Of a DNA stretch of 64,000 bases, positions 47,286-57,015 are shown one piece after another. Within the stretch, counting starts at the first letter, position 1; each line of letters starts with the position of its first letter. A program made the position numbers and the translations under genes. The stretch is from an uncultured bacterium. GTDB lineage: Bacteria > UBA8481. The stretch is from contig CAZCME010000007.1 of NCBI GenBank assembly GCA_964499705.1, positions 62,001 to 126,000 on the forward strand, read 5' to 3'. The notes beneath the pieces are model-generated. The model did no database searches, had not been told where the DNA came from, and saw only the letters and a program-made list of their open reading frames with translations.

Positions 47286-49766
47286 GTGAACAACCTGATG
47301 AATCCTGTTCGGTATATGCTGGCTGGCCTGGGCGCACTCGTCCTGCTGAACACGAGCGCCTTCGCGGCTGAACCTCATCAGCCGGGGCAGCGGTACGACT
47401 ACAGGAATTTCGCGATCCCCGGCAAGATCGTCATCGTCGATTTCTTCTCCGAGTTCTGCGGCCCCTGCGTCCAGCTCTCGCCGTATCTCGATGGGCTGGC
47501 GCGCGCGCGGAGCGATGTTATGATCGCGCGGCTCGACCTCAATCGCCCCGGCGTGCGCGGCATCGACTTTGTTTCGCCTCTGGCCCGCCAGTACCAGCTC
47601 GAATCGATCCCGCACTTCAAGATTCTCGATCGCGACGGGTCGCTCATGGCGGAAGGCGATCCCGCCTATAGCCTGGTTGTTTCGTGGATCAACGATCCCT
47701 CCATGGTCCCCGAGATTTACGTGGAAGACACCGGCCCCCGGGGCTTCAACAGGCTCAACGCGGAGAAGAGCCCGTATCTGCTGCAGCACGCGGACAATCC
47801 GATCTGGTGGTACGCGTGGGGGCCTGAAGCCATGGAGGAAGCGCGGCGGCAGAACAAGCCGATCTTACTTTCAATCGGATACTCCACCTGCTACTGGTGC
47901 CACTTCATGGAGAAGGATTCGTTCGAAAAGGCGGATATCGCGCAGCTCCTGAACCGCTATTTCATCGCGATCAAGGTGGATCGCGAGGAACGGCCGGACG
48001 TGGACAACCTCTACATGACAGCGGTGGTCGCGATGGGCGCCGGCGGAGGTTGGCCGCTCTCCGTCTTCCTGACTCCCGATGGAAAACCCTTCTACGGCGG
48101 CAGCACCGTCTCGCATGACCGGCTGAAGGAATTGCTCCGCAGGGTCACCACCATCTGGCGCAATCAGACGGACCTCGTGCGCACGGAAGCGGACAAGCTT
48201 TCTTCCGTTCTCAAGGGACAGATGTCTTCGACGGAACAACCCGGCCCGATCGATACGGCTCCGCTCGTCGCTCTGGCCCGCCACTCGCGCGAGCAGTTCG
48301 ATAAGGAACACGGAGGATTCGGAACTGGAAGCAAGTTTCCACGGCCGCATGCGCTCTCCGCGATCCTGCGGCTTCACCGCCGGAGCGGCGACACGCAGCT
48401 CCTCGCCGTCGCGACGACCACGCTGAAGGCGATCGCCCGCGGAGGACTGCACGATCAGCTCGGAGGAGGTTTTCACCGGTACTGCGCGGATAGCGGGTGG
48501 GAAGTGCCTCACTTCGAGAAGATGCTGTATGACAACGCGGGCCTCGCCTTCACATACCTCGAAGCGCACCAGGCGACTCGCTCCGAGGAATTCGCCCGCG
48601 TGGCGCGACGCACGCTCGACTGGACGATCAGGGAGATGAGAGATACCGAGGGAGGATTCCATGCCGCGATGGACGCCGGCGATTACGGCAGGGAGGGCGA
48701 CTACTACGCATGGTCGATGGCGGAGCTCCGGAGGCTCCTGACGAAATCCGAATTCAATCGCATCAAGGCCGTGTATCGCCTCCGGCCCCGCGGCAATTTC
48801 GAGACGGCCGCCGGCGCGCCCGCGCGCCACATCTTCCATATTCCGCTCTCGTCCCCTTATCCCGATCCGGCGAAAGACCGCCTCCTCGCATCAGCGCATG
48901 CAAAGCTCCTGCGCGCGCGCGCGCGCCGGGAGAAGCCAAGGATCGACGACAAGGTGATCGCGTCCTGGAACGGGCTCGCGATCGCCGCGCTGGCCCGGGG
49001 CTGGCAGGTGCTCGGCGATTCGCGTTACCTCTCCGCGGCGCAAAAGGCGGCCGGCTTCATCCGCGACAGCATGACCCGCCCCGACGGACGCCTGACACGC
49101 ACGTGGCGGTCCGATCACCGGGCCATGCTCGATGACTATGCATTTCTCATCCACGGGCTCATCGAGCTCTATCAGTCCGACTTTGATCCCCAGTGGCTTT
49201 CCTGGGCGGAGGAACTGCAGAAGATCCAGGATCGCGATTTCGCGGACGCGCGCGGAGGATTTTTTCTCGATGACACTTCCGATACAACGCTCTTCACCCG
49301 GCTCCGCGACGACGATGACGTGGCACTGCCCGGAGGAAATTCCATGGCGGTCCTCAATCTTTTGAGGCTGGCCGATCTCCTGTCCGATCCGCGATACCGC
49401 GCAACGGCCGATTCCGCGCTGGCCGCCGCCGCGGTGCTGATGCGCGGATCCGCCTTCGCCTATCCGGCCCTGTTGATCGCTCTCGACTATCGGCTCGATC
49501 GCTCGAAGGAAATCGCCATCGCGGGCCGCAAGGAGGATCCCGGCACGCGCGCGTTGCTGGCCGCCCTGCGCGGCAGGTTCCTGCCCAACCAGGTCGTGGC
49601 CCTGGCGGACGACACGGCGACGTCCCCGTTAATGAGGAACAAGCCCATGCTGAACGGCCGCGCCACCGCCTATGTCTGCGAGCAGGGATCGTGCCGGCTT
49701 CCGACAACGGAACCCGCGCAAGCGCTCGCGGAAGCAGGGACGTTAATTCCGCTGGATTTGAAATGA
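47286..49766 (+). CDS. Thioredoxin fused to a YyaL/SSP411 (DUF255) protein
   Basis: Signal peptide; CGPC thioredoxin; [45 protein letters not shown]. Confidence 0.88.
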   Translation: MNNLMNPVRYMLAGLGALVLLNTSAFAAEPHQPGQRYDYRNFAIPGKIVIVDFFSEFCGPCVQLSPYLDGLARARSDVMIARLDLNRPGVRGIDFVSPLARQYQLESIPHFKILDRDGSLMAEGDPAYSLVVSWINDPSMVPEIYVEDTGPRGFNRLNAEKSPYLLQHADNPIWWYAWGPEAMEEARRQNKPILLSIGYSTCYWCHFMEKDSFEKADIAQLLNRYFIAIKVDREERPDVDNLYMTAVVAMGAGGGWPLSVFLTPDGKPFYGGSTVSHDRLKELLRRVTTIWRNQTDLVRTEADKLSSVLKGQMSSTEQPGPIDTAPLVALARHSREQFDKEHGGFGTGSKFPRPHALSAILRLHRRSGDTQLLAVATTTLKAIARGGLHDQLGGGFHRYCADSGWEVPHFEKMLYDNAGLAFTYLEAHQATRSEEFARVARRTLDWTIREMRDTEGGFHAAMDAGDYGREGDYYAWSMAELRRLLTKSEFNRIKAVYRLRPRGNFETAAGAPARHIFHIPLSSPYPDPAKDRLLASAHAKLLRARARREKPRIDDKVIASWNGLAIAALARGWQVLGDSRYLSAAQKAAGFIRDSMTRPDGRLTRTWRSDHRAMLDDYAFLIHGLIELYQSDFDPQWLSWAEELQKIQDRDFADARGGFFLDDTSDTTLFTRLRDDDDVALPGGNSMAVLNLLRLADLLSDPRYRATADSALAAAAVLMRGSAFAYPALLIALDYRLDRSKEIAIAGRKEDPGTRALLAALRGRFLPNQVVALADDTATSPLMRNKPMLNGRATAYVCEQGSCRLPTTEPAQALAEAGTLIPLDLK

Positions 49767-49780
49767 GGCCTTTGGAAATT

Positions 49781-49801
49781 CTAAAATCTAAATCCTAAAA
49801 T
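49781..49801. repeat. 7-nt-period tract (CTAAAAT-type)
   Basis: CTAAAAT CTAAATC CTAAAAT. Confidence 0.5.
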
Positions 49802-49833
49802 CATCCTTCGGAGATCAATGTTGGGATTTCCCC

Positions 49834-51588
49834 TTAAGGCGTCGCGCCTTCTTCCGCTTCTTCCAGCTCGAGCCCCGTCTCGCTCCGCGTCTCGAACCAC
49901 GTCATGAAGGCTTCGCCGACGAGCCAGAGGGTGAGCCCGATGAGGACAACGCCAACGGTCAGCTCCACGGTCTTCAGGATGGGCACCGGCCCCTCCTGCA
50001 TCTTTCCCAGGATGGTGGTTGTCGTGTAGCCGAGGCTCCAGAGCGTCATGAAGAGCATGAAGAATGTCCCGAAGAGGGGAAGCGCGCAGGGCTTGCCGAT
50101 CTTCCAGAGCCAGACCGTGACGGCCATGAGGGCCAGGGCGGCGAGGAGCTGGTTCGAGCTGCCGAAGAGGCCCCAGAAGACCTGCCAGAGCGGAAGCGTC
50201 TTACCGGCCATCGTCGCGGGAGGAAGCGAGGCGATGATGGCGGGAAAGGCCAGCGTCACGGCGGTCGCGAGCGCGATTCCGGATCGCCCTGTCCAGCCCG
50301 TCAACTCCATCAGGATATAACGCGCGAGCCGCGTGGCGGCGTCCAGTGTGTCGAAGACGAAGGTCGCGAAGCAGAGGAGCGCGAACTGGTAGGCGGTCGT
50401 GACCGAAAGAAATCCAAACGTCGCATGGTGGAGGAACTGCGAGATACCGTTCGCGTAAAGCGCGTCCGGTTTTCCCTTGGGCGCGGCGATGATCATGATT
50501 GTCGCGAGACTGATGCAGGCGAAGAAGGCCTCGAGAAGCATGGAGCCATAGGCGACGGGCTTCGCGTCGTTTTCGGTCCGGAGCTGCTTCGAGGTCGTTC
50601 CGGAGGTCACGATCGAGTGAAATCCGGAGCAGGCTCCACAGGCGACGGTGATGAAGAGGATGGGGAAAAGCGGCGGCAGATTTCCGGAGGACGTGAAGAA
50701 GGCCGCCTCGGAGAAGGCCGGCGCCTGGATCGTGAGCTCGCCGGAGAGACCGCCGACGAAAATGCCGAGAATTCCGGCGCCGATGATGAAGTACAGAAAG
50801 TAGCCTCCCAGTTCGCCGCGCGGCTGCAGCAGCAGCCAGAGCGGGGCGATGGACGCGAGGAAACAATATCCCAGGAGCAGATAGTTCCAGACCTGCTGGG
50901 GCTTGGCGGCCGGGATATACGCGGAGAGATCGAAGGGGATGGAGGGGCCCGCGACGATCGCCGCCAGCACGAGCGGAAGAAAGATCGCCTTGGCCGCGGT
51001 CGCTCCCAGTTTGCCGTACTTCATCGCAAGCCCCATCGCCACGGCAAGCAGGAGGTAGAGGATCGACGAGGTCGCGACGGCCGCTCCGGGCGCCACGGCA
51101 TCGGCGGTCGCTCCGGCCTGGATGAACGCGCCGGCCGTGACATCCGCGAAGGCGATGATGACATAGATGAGCGAGATCCAGATGAAGAGAAGGAAGAGCA
51201 TGTAGGCGCGCCGGTTCATGTACTGCCGGACAATCTCCGCGATAGAGCGGGCCCTGTGGCGAATGGAGGCGACGAGCGTCGTGATGTCGTGAATGCCCCC
51301 GATGAAGATGGAGCCGAGGATGATCCAGATGTAGGTCGGCAGCCAGCCGAAGGAGACACCGGCGAGGATCGGACCCACGATCGGGCCGGCCGCGGCGATC
51401 GCGGAAAAATGCTGCGGCAGCAGAGTCGACGGTCCGATCGGCTCGAAATCGAGGCCGTCCTTCATGGTATGAGCGGGCGTCGGGACGGCATCGGTCAGGT
51501 CGAGCCAGCGCGCGAGAAATCGTCCCATGAAGTGGTAGGCGACGAGGAGTATCACGGCGGATGCGATCAGAAATACGATCAAAGACAT
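49834..51588 (-). CDS. cstA: Carbon starvation protein A family transporter
   Basis: TPAH..DG.DF, HFSAIAAAGPIVGP, LLQPR, ITVACGACSGFH, FGSSNQLLA. Confidence 0.92.
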   Translation of the reverse strand: MSLIVFLIASAVILLVAYHFMGRFLARWLDLTDAVPTPAHTMKDGLDFEPIGPSTLLPQHFSAIAAAGPIVGPILAGVSFGWLPTYIWIILGSIFIGGIHDITTLVASIRHRARSIAEIVRQYMNRRAYMLFLLFIWISLIYVIIAFADVTAGAFIQAGATADAVAPGAAVATSSILYLLLAVAMGLAMKYGKLGATAAKAIFLPLVLAAIVAGPSIPFDLSAYIPAAKPQQVWNYLLLGYCFLASIAPLWLLLQPRGELGGYFLYFIIGAGILGIFVGGLSGELTIQAPAFSEAAFFTSSGNLPPLFPILFITVACGACSGFHSIVTSGTTSKQLRTENDAKPVAYGSMLLEAFFACISLATIMIIAAPKGKPDALYANGISQFLHHATFGFLSVTTAYQFALLCFATFVFDTLDAATRLARYILMELTGWTGRSGIALATAVTLAFPAIIASLPPATMAGKTLPLWQVFWGLFGSSNQLLAALALMAVTVWLWKIGKPCALPLFGTFFMLFMTLWSLGYTTTTILGKMQEGPVPILKTVELTVGVVLIGLTLWLVGEAFMTWFETRSETGLELEEAEEGATP

Positions 51589-51662
51589 GGGCTTAATCTT
51601 ATCCCATCATGCTCCAGCGAAAAAGCGGGAATTCCTACCCGATTTTCTTCCGGAAGGCGTAC

Positions 51663-51692
51663 AAAAAATGGAGGCCGCGCGAGGCGGCCTCC
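51663..51692 (-). terminator. Rho-independent terminator after the 51699-52205 gene
   Basis: ggaggccgc-loop-gcggcctcc stem followed by a T tract on the minus strand. Confidence 0.75.
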
Positions 51693-51698
51693 CCCACT

Positions 51699-52205
51699 CT
51701 AGTTCTCAAGCGAGCCGCACTTGAGACGAACCTCATGGACGTAGACGACCGTCGCTCCGTTGCTCGCGACGCTTACATCCAGATCCAGGTAAGCCGTCAT
51801 GGTCTCACCATTGGATCCCGTCAACGACGTCGCCACAGTCGCTTTGCCGCTCGAAGGCAGCGGTCCGAGATTGACCGTCGCGCTCGATGATCCTGATGCC
51901 GTGTAAGTCGCTCCATTGGTCAGATTCTGCGCAGCCATGGCTCCCCACGAAGCCGTGATATCGACCTTGGCCGTGCTTGTCGTGACACTCGTCTTCGAGA
52001 CAATATGTGTGTTGCCCGAAACGTTCACCATTTCCGCGTTGTTGCACGGATGGCTGAGCGTCGCATTGACCTGCGCATCCTGTTCCGTCTGCGACTCGAC
52101 GATAGCGATGGCATCGGCCCGTTGGGGCGAACCGACGAGGACTCCCGCCAGCGCCGCCAGACAGATGCAGGACAGCGCGCAATACCCTTTCATGTATCCG
52201 GACAT
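51699..52205 (-). CDS. Hypothetical secreted Ser/Thr-rich beta protein
   Basis: AAGGAGG SD; signal peptide; own promoter and terminator. Confidence 0.65.
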   Translation of the reverse strand: MSGYMKGYCALSCICLAALAGVLVGSPQRADAIAIVESQTEQDAQVNATLSHPCNNAEMVNVSGNTHIVSKTSVTTSTAKVDITASWGAMAAQNLTNGATYTASGSSSATVNLGPLPSSGKATVATSLTGSNGETMTAYLDLDVSVASNGATVVYVHEVRLKCGSLEN

Positions 52206-52306
52206 GACCAGAACCTCCTTCCCCTCTTGCGGAGGGCGGACAAATAAAAAATCAGGAGAACACAACGTGTCTTGAAGACGCCCTGTGTGGCTCCGCAGAA
52301 TGAAAG

Positions 52307-52322
52307 AGCAATGATTGTGCCG
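52307..52322 (-). promoter_or_regulatory. Putative sigma54 promoter
   Basis: cGGCACaatcaTTGCt on the minus strand, GG-N10-GC. Confidence 0.6.
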
Positions 52323-52431
52323 CGCCCGGAAAAGCGCTAACTCGGGAAAATCACCGCGTCGTGGAAAGGATTCGCAAAAGACGTGTGCGGGAGCGGATTA
52401 CTGCCGAACAGGTTCTGTTCGGCCGCGCGGG

Positions 52432-53229
52432 TCAGGGAGAAGAGATGCGTCCGAGCATCACCCACTGCGCGGGATCCCGGCTGATCCATTCCGAAAAGAT
52501 GCGCGCCACATCCTGGGCATCGTTCGCCGGGGCGAAGGTCTCGATGGAGACATGACGCGCGGCATCACGCGCGCATCGGACCGGGATGACGGCCGCGTTG
52601 ACGCGCTCCGCCATGCGAAAGAGCGGCGCCGGAAACAAGGTCCGGCCGCCGAGAAAATCCACGGCGATTCCTTCGGAGCGCGGTTCGTCGATCGCCGCGC
52701 AGACGATGCCTCCTTCTTCGAGGATTCGCCACGCTCCGCGCAGTCCCTGATCCACATCGAGCAGAATATTCGCTCCCCGGCATTTCCGGATCCGCGCGTC
52801 GACGTTCTCATCGCCGGTCGTGCGGATGAGAACGGCGGTGCGGGGAAAAGCGGCGCCGATCGCCAGGGCACCGAATTCCCAGTTGCCGAAATGCGGCGTC
52901 ACAGCGAGGACTCCCCTCCCCGCCGCCACGGCGGCGCGTATCGAGTCGAGCTGAACGCTCGCGACGATTTTCCCGAGACGCGCTGGATCTCCTTCAACGG
53001 CGAGAAACTCCCCGAGGTATCGCGCGAAGTTCGCCATGACTTCCGGAGTAGCAGACCTTGGCAGGCCGAATCTCTCGAAGTTGGCGCGGACATTCTGAAG
53101 ACCGGGGGCGAATGAGTGAAGGAAGCTCGCAAGCATTGCGAAAAAAGGAGGCGCGATTTCCGGGCCCAGCAGCGGAGCCGCTTTACAGGCCAGACGAAGG
53201 AGCGGTGAATATCCTGAGCGGCGGGCCAA
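52432..53229 (-). CDS. Lysophospholipid acyltransferase (LpxL/PatA-like)
   Basis: HFGNWE, VDFLG, PAQW. Confidence 0.8.
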   Translation of the reverse strand: MARRSGYSPLLRLACKAAPLLGPEIAPPFFAMLASFLHSFAPGLQNVRANFERFGLPRSATPEVMANFARYLGEFLAVEGDPARLGKIVASVQLDSIRAAVAAGRGVLAVTPHFGNWEFGALAIGAAFPRTAVLIRTTGDENVDARIRKCRGANILLDVDQGLRGAWRILEEGGIVCAAIDEPRSEGIAVDFLGGRTLFPAPLFRMAERVNAAVIPVRCARDAARHVSIETFAPANDAQDVARIFSEWISRDPAQWVMLGRISSP

Positions 53230-53237
53230 GGCCCCGG

Positions 53238-54383
53238 TTAAGAAATCGCCTGAGCGAGCTGGGAACGTCCCCTGGCCATTTCGAGAGCGATGGAGGCGAT
53301 CTGGCGGGAAGCGCCTGACCGGCCGACGCGGCGGGAGGCCGAAGCCAGCGCGGACAGCTTGGCGCCGTCGGATAGAAGTTCCGAGAGAATATGACTGAGC
53401 TCCGACGGATTCATCGCCTGGAGCGCGGCTCCGGCGCGGGAGAGAAATTGAGCATTGCGGACTTCCTGGCCGGGAAGCGGGGAGATCATGACGAGCGGCA
53501 TTCCCATGGCCGTCGCTTCGGACATGGTGAGGCCGCCCGGCTTGGAGACGAGAACATCCGACGCGGCGTAGTAACGCTCGATGTCCGTCACCGTCGAAAG
53601 AACGAGGCGGAGCTTATTCTCGCAAGGCGGGAGCTTCTGCACCGCGCGCTGGAGCGCTGCGTTGCGGCCGGCGATGACAATCACCGCGTCGACTCCCGGT
53701 GTCCGCTCGATCGAGGCGACGTGATCGGCGGTAACGCCAAGCCCGTTGCCTCCGCCCATCACGAGGACGAAACGCCCTTCCATCGGAAGGCCCAGCGTAT
53801 GGCGGGCGATCTGGCGGGTCGGCGGTTGCTCGAAGATCGCATCCACCGGGATGCCCGTGACGTGGATCCGATCGGACGGAATGCCGTCCCTGATGAGTTC
53901 CTCGGCGGCCATTTCGCAGGGCACGGCGTAACGGTCGATTCCTTCATGAGCCCAATAAGGATGAATGCCGTAATCGGTGGCGACGGCGAGAACCGGGGGC
54001 TTGCAGCGGCCGGACGCCCGGAGATCGGCTATGATCCGGGCCGGAATCGCCTGGGTGCAGATGACGACATCCGGCTCGTGTAGCTCGATCTCCGCTTCGA
54101 ACGCCTCGAAGGCTCGGGCGAGGAAGACCTTGCCGAGCCGGTTGATGCCGGAGGAAATTTCCTTGTTGTGGTAGAGGTAATTCCAGAAGGAGGGCTTATA
54201 GCGGATGATGCTGAGATAGGCATCGGTCAGGATTCTCCGCCGCGACGGACCGATGAGCGACATCGAATCCCGCTCGACGATTTCCGCGTCGGAACACCCG
54301 GCCATCATGGCGCGCGCGACAGCTTCGGCAGCTCTTTGATGCCCCGCACTGATGTTCGTGCTGAAAGTTATCACCCTCGTCAT
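53238..54383 (-). CDS. Diacylglycerol glycosyltransferase (MGDG synthase/UgtP, GT28)
   Basis: AGHQRAA, TDY..H.YW, TGIPV, MGGGNG, SKPGGLTMSE, PGQEVRNA. Confidence 0.85.
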   Translation of the reverse strand: MTRVITFSTNISAGHQRAAEAVARAMMAGCSDAEIVERDSMSLIGPSRRRILTDAYLSIIRYKPSFWNYLYHNKEISSGINRLGKVFLARAFEAFEAEIELHEPDVVICTQAIPARIIADLRASGRCKPPVLAVATDYGIHPYWAHEGIDRYAVPCEMAAEELIRDGIPSDRIHVTGIPVDAIFEQPPTRQIARHTLGLPMEGRFVLVMGGGNGLGVTADHVASIERTPGVDAVIVIAGRNAALQRAVQKLPPCENKLRLVLSTVTDIERYYAASDVLVSKPGGLTMSEATAMGMPLVMISPLPGQEVRNAQFLSRAGAALQAMNPSELSHILSELLSDGAKLSALASASRRVGRSGASRQIASIALEMARGRSQLAQAIS

Positions 54384-54393
54384 ATATAAGCGG

Positions 54394-55767
54394 CTACACT
54401 TCACCAAGAAGGGTTCGCACTGTCAAGATAAAAGGGAGTCCCAGGAGGCAACTCCAGCCGATCCAGTCTCCCAGGAAACTTGCTGCCGTTCGGCCAGAAT
54501 TCAAATGAACTTCGCCCATCAGAACTCCGGATCGACCGGCTTCCAGTTCCGCCAGGGCGGTCCCGGCGGCATCGAGAATGTAGCTTGGCCCCACGTTGCC
54601 GGCCCGTATCAGGGGGCGGGCAAACTCGGCCGCGCGCAGCCTGGCCAGCGCCGCGTGCTGTTCCGCCGCCTCGGGGACGCAGGCCCAGGCATCATTGGAG
54701 AGATTCACGAGGCAGAGGGCTCCCTGGTTTACAAGCGCTCGTGAAAGATACGGAAAGACGCCTTCATAGCAGACGAGCGGCCCATAAATGCCGAGGGCTT
54801 TCGGCAGGATGGAGGGAGAAAAATCGCCGGTTCCCCGCGGGATGAGGACGTGATCGAGATCGGGACCGAGCCCCGGGATGAATTCTCCGAAGGGAACGAG
54901 ATGGAACTTGTCGTATCGCGCGACCTCGCGACGGGGATCGGGTTCGAAAATGTAGATGGAGTTTCGCTTGTCGACGCGTGTCACGATTCCCGGCGCGCCG
55001 AGGATGATGGTGGTACCCGTGTTCGAAGCGAGATTGCTGATTTCCCGGCGCAAAGGAGTCGAGCGATTGAGATACTCGAGTATCACCGTTTCCGACCAGA
55101 AGATGGTTTTTGCTCCTCGCCGCCCCAGTTCCCGCGTCGCCTGAAAGAGATGATCCTTGACGCTGGCCGGTTGAAATTCGAAGTCCTCATCCTGGGAAAA
55201 ATTTCCCTGCACGAGCCCGACGACGACGGATTCACCGGCTCGATCGGATCGCTGTCCCGGAAGAAGAAGCAGTCCGGCGACACAGAGCGAAGTCAGGAGG
55301 GGCCGGATCGAAATCATCGCGGCGAGAAGATAAAAGAGAAGCGAAAGCCCGAAGAGCCCGATCCAGGGCGCGAGCATGCGCAATGGGAGATCAGCCGCGA
55401 GCGAGCCGAGGATACCCCAGGGGAGCGCGAATGTGCCGACGGACCGGATCACTTCCGCGGATGTGAACGCGGCGGCGACAAGGAATGCGTGTCGAAAGCT
55501 CCCGTGCTCTCCGCGCGCGGCAAGCGCCGCGCCACCGTAGGGCAGTGCCGAAACGAGGATGACGCCATAGGGCGCGAGGGGATGGAACGAAGAGAGCCAA
55601 TGCAGTTGAGGGGCGAGCAGACCGACACCGTACAGAAATCCTACCGAGAAACGGGAGTTCTTTCGCAGATGGCGAAAGAAGAGCCCCGGACCGACGAGCG
55701 CCGCCGGAAGAAAAGAGAATGGAGGAAACGCGCAGGAGGTGAAGAGACCGGAACAGAGCGCGATCAA
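54394..55767 (-). CDS. lnt: Apolipoprotein N-acyltransferase
   Basis: TM N-terminus; LPW, VQGN, WSET, YDKFHLVPFGEF, VCYE, SNDAW. Confidence 0.9.
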   Translation of the reverse strand: MIALCSGLFTSCAFPPFSFLPAALVGPGLFFRHLRKNSRFSVGFLYGVGLLAPQLHWLSSFHPLAPYGVILVSALPYGGAALAARGEHGSFRHAFLVAAAFTSAEVIRSVGTFALPWGILGSLAADLPLRMLAPWIGLFGLSLLFYLLAAMISIRPLLTSLCVAGLLLLPGQRSDRAGESVVVGLVQGNFSQDEDFEFQPASVKDHLFQATRELGRRGAKTIFWSETVILEYLNRSTPLRREISNLASNTGTTIILGAPGIVTRVDKRNSIYIFEPDPRREVARYDKFHLVPFGEFIPGLGPDLDHVLIPRGTGDFSPSILPKALGIYGPLVCYEGVFPYLSRALVNQGALCLVNLSNDAWACVPEAAEQHAALARLRAAEFARPLIRAGNVGPSYILDAAGTALAELEAGRSGVLMGEVHLNSGRTAASFLGDWIGWSCLLGLPFILTVRTLLGEV

Positions 55768-55774
55768 GAAAAAG

Positions 55775-55847
55775 AGCCCACGATCAGACTTGAACTGATG
55801 ACCTGCTCATTACGAATGAGCTGCTCTGCCAACTGAGCTACGTGGGC
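55775..55847 (-). tRNA. tRNA-Thr(CGT)
   Basis: GCCCACG/CGTGGGC acceptor; GCTCA-TTCGTAA-TGAGC anticodon arm; GTTCAAGTC. Confidence 0.96.
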
Positions 55848-55860
55848 GAAACCGCGGATG

Positions 55861-55889
55861 ATTTTAGAGGGCAGAGAAAGGATTGTAAA
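55861..55889 (-). promoter_or_regulatory. Putative sigma70 promoter of tRNA-Thr
   Basis: TTTACA-N17-TAAAAT on the minus strand, 13 nt upstream of the tRNA. Confidence 0.65.
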
Positions 55890-55915
55890 GTTCGACATGG
55901 CCGAGGAATCGTAAT

Positions 55916-55936
55916 TCCGCGATCCGCAATCCGCAA
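55916..55936. repeat. 7-nt tandem tract (TCCGCAA)
   Basis: TCCGCGA TCCGCAA TCCGCAA. Confidence 0.55.
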
Positions 55937-56036
55937 GAGACGTGGGCTTGTCGCGCCGCTTCATGCGGCGCTCCTGCAGCCAGGGGAGCCATCCGCGCAT
56001 CCTGCGCGGCGCCCGCCCAATCTTCCACAGGAAGAT

Positions 56037-56110
56037 TGGGCCCTGAAGGACTTGAACCTTCGACCAACGGATTATGAGTCCGCCGCTCTAACCAACTGAG
56101 CTAAGGGCCC
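56037..56110 (-). tRNA. tRNA with CAT anticodon, most likely tRNA-Ile2 (lysidine)
   Basis: GGGCCCTTAGCTCAGTTGGTTAGAGC..CTCATAA..GGTTCAAGTCC..AGGGCCCA; paired G1-C72, so not initiator; Ile2-like acceptor stem. Confidence 0.92.
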
Positions 56111-56120
56111 GGAAAACATG

Positions 56121-56348
56121 CTATGCTCTTCTTGTCATTCGCCTGCGTGGATGATCGGTTGTGTCCGGACGAACCCACATCGTCTTGCCGTTTCGATACA
56201 CGGGAATCTTGAGACCGGCTTCCCTGTGGCGACGCAGAGCGTCCTTGCCTGCGGTCGCGAGTGCTGCGTCGATCGGCGTTCCCAACTCGAAACACTTCGC
56301 GATGGTTCTTGTCCGCCGAGCGGGTCCTGTCATAGTCTTTCTCGCCAT
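56121..56348 (-). CDS. Small basic protein, partner of the zeta-like ATPase
   Basis: TGATG coupling; MARKT..IDAALATAGKDALRRHREAGLKIPVYRNGKTMWV. Confidence 0.7.
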   Translation of the reverse strand: MARKTMTGPARRTRTIAKCFELGTPIDAALATAGKDALRRHREAGLKIPVYRNGKTMWVRPDTTDHPRRRMTRRA

Positions 56349-56938
56349 CACTTCGCACCCTTGCAGATCATTTTCCAGCCGTCCGCATCCCGGATATTCA
56401 TGATGCCATTGCGTGCTCCGTTCGCGATGAGGCGTGGAGTGCCGCATTGAGAAGTATCATAGATTCTCCATGAAGTTGCCATAGATCTGTATAATCCGAA
56501 GAAGTTCCGAAGCCCTGCCTTATAGCGACGCTTGATCGTCGCGGGGGGTACGCCGTGCCCACCGAGCATCACCCGAGCCGCGACGCGGTCGATGGCGAAC
56601 GCGGCGCTCGGCAACCACAGATACACAAGGTGGAAGTCATAGCCGGCCGCGAGGCATTTCCTGATCCTTGGAGCGAATGTCCGCGCGGCCAGTGTGGTTT
56701 CAAAGGCAAATGTTTCTCGTTTCAAGATCAGGTCGCCGATCCTTTCAAGCATGATACGGCCTGCGGAAAAAGCGACCGCCTCAGGATTATAAGCGGCCAG
56801 CCCCTCAGCGATTCGATCGGCGTTGACGAAAGTTCGAATACCGAGCAGATCGCGCAAGAGTGGCGGCCCAGCGGTCGATTTACCGGCGCCGTTGGGTCCT
56901 CCGATGATGACAACGCTTGGTCTTGCGCCTTTCAACAC
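56348..56938 (-). CDS. Zeta-toxin-like P-loop ATPase/kinase
   Basis: GGPNGAGKST, VNADRIA, FETTL, RVAARV..GGHGVP..IKRRY. Confidence 0.88.
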   Translation of the reverse strand: MLKGARPSVVIIGGPNGAGKSTAGPPLLRDLLGIRTFVNADRIAEGLAAYNPEAVAFSAGRIMLERIGDLILKRETFAFETTLAARTFAPRIRKCLAAGYDFHLVYLWLPSAAFAIDRVAARVMLGGHGVPPATIKRRYKAGLRNFFGLYRSMATSWRIYDTSQCGTPRLIANGARNGIMNIRDADGWKMICKGAK

Positions 56939-56963
56939 GCCCTCATTTCACTTCCCATCTGCT

Positions 56964-57015
56964 TTCGACCAACGGATTATGAGTCCGCCGCTCTAACCAA
57001 CTGAGCTAAGGGCCC
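56964..57015 (-). pseudogene. Truncated tRNA(CAT) copy: 5' 52 nt only
   Basis: Identical to the first 52 nt of the tRNA at 56037-56110; lacks the T-loop and 3' acceptor strand. Confidence 0.9.

Larger units (their letters stand above)
56113..56963. mobile_element. Integrase-less mini-island between 54-bp direct repeats
   Basis: 56059-56112 is identical to 56964-57017; cargo is two coupled genes. Confidence 0.7.

Noticed and set aside
56037-56110. tRNA(CAT) as initiator tRNA-fMet
   Set aside because: It has a paired G1-C72 and lacks the GGG/CCC anticodon stem; elongator Met cannot be fully excluded.
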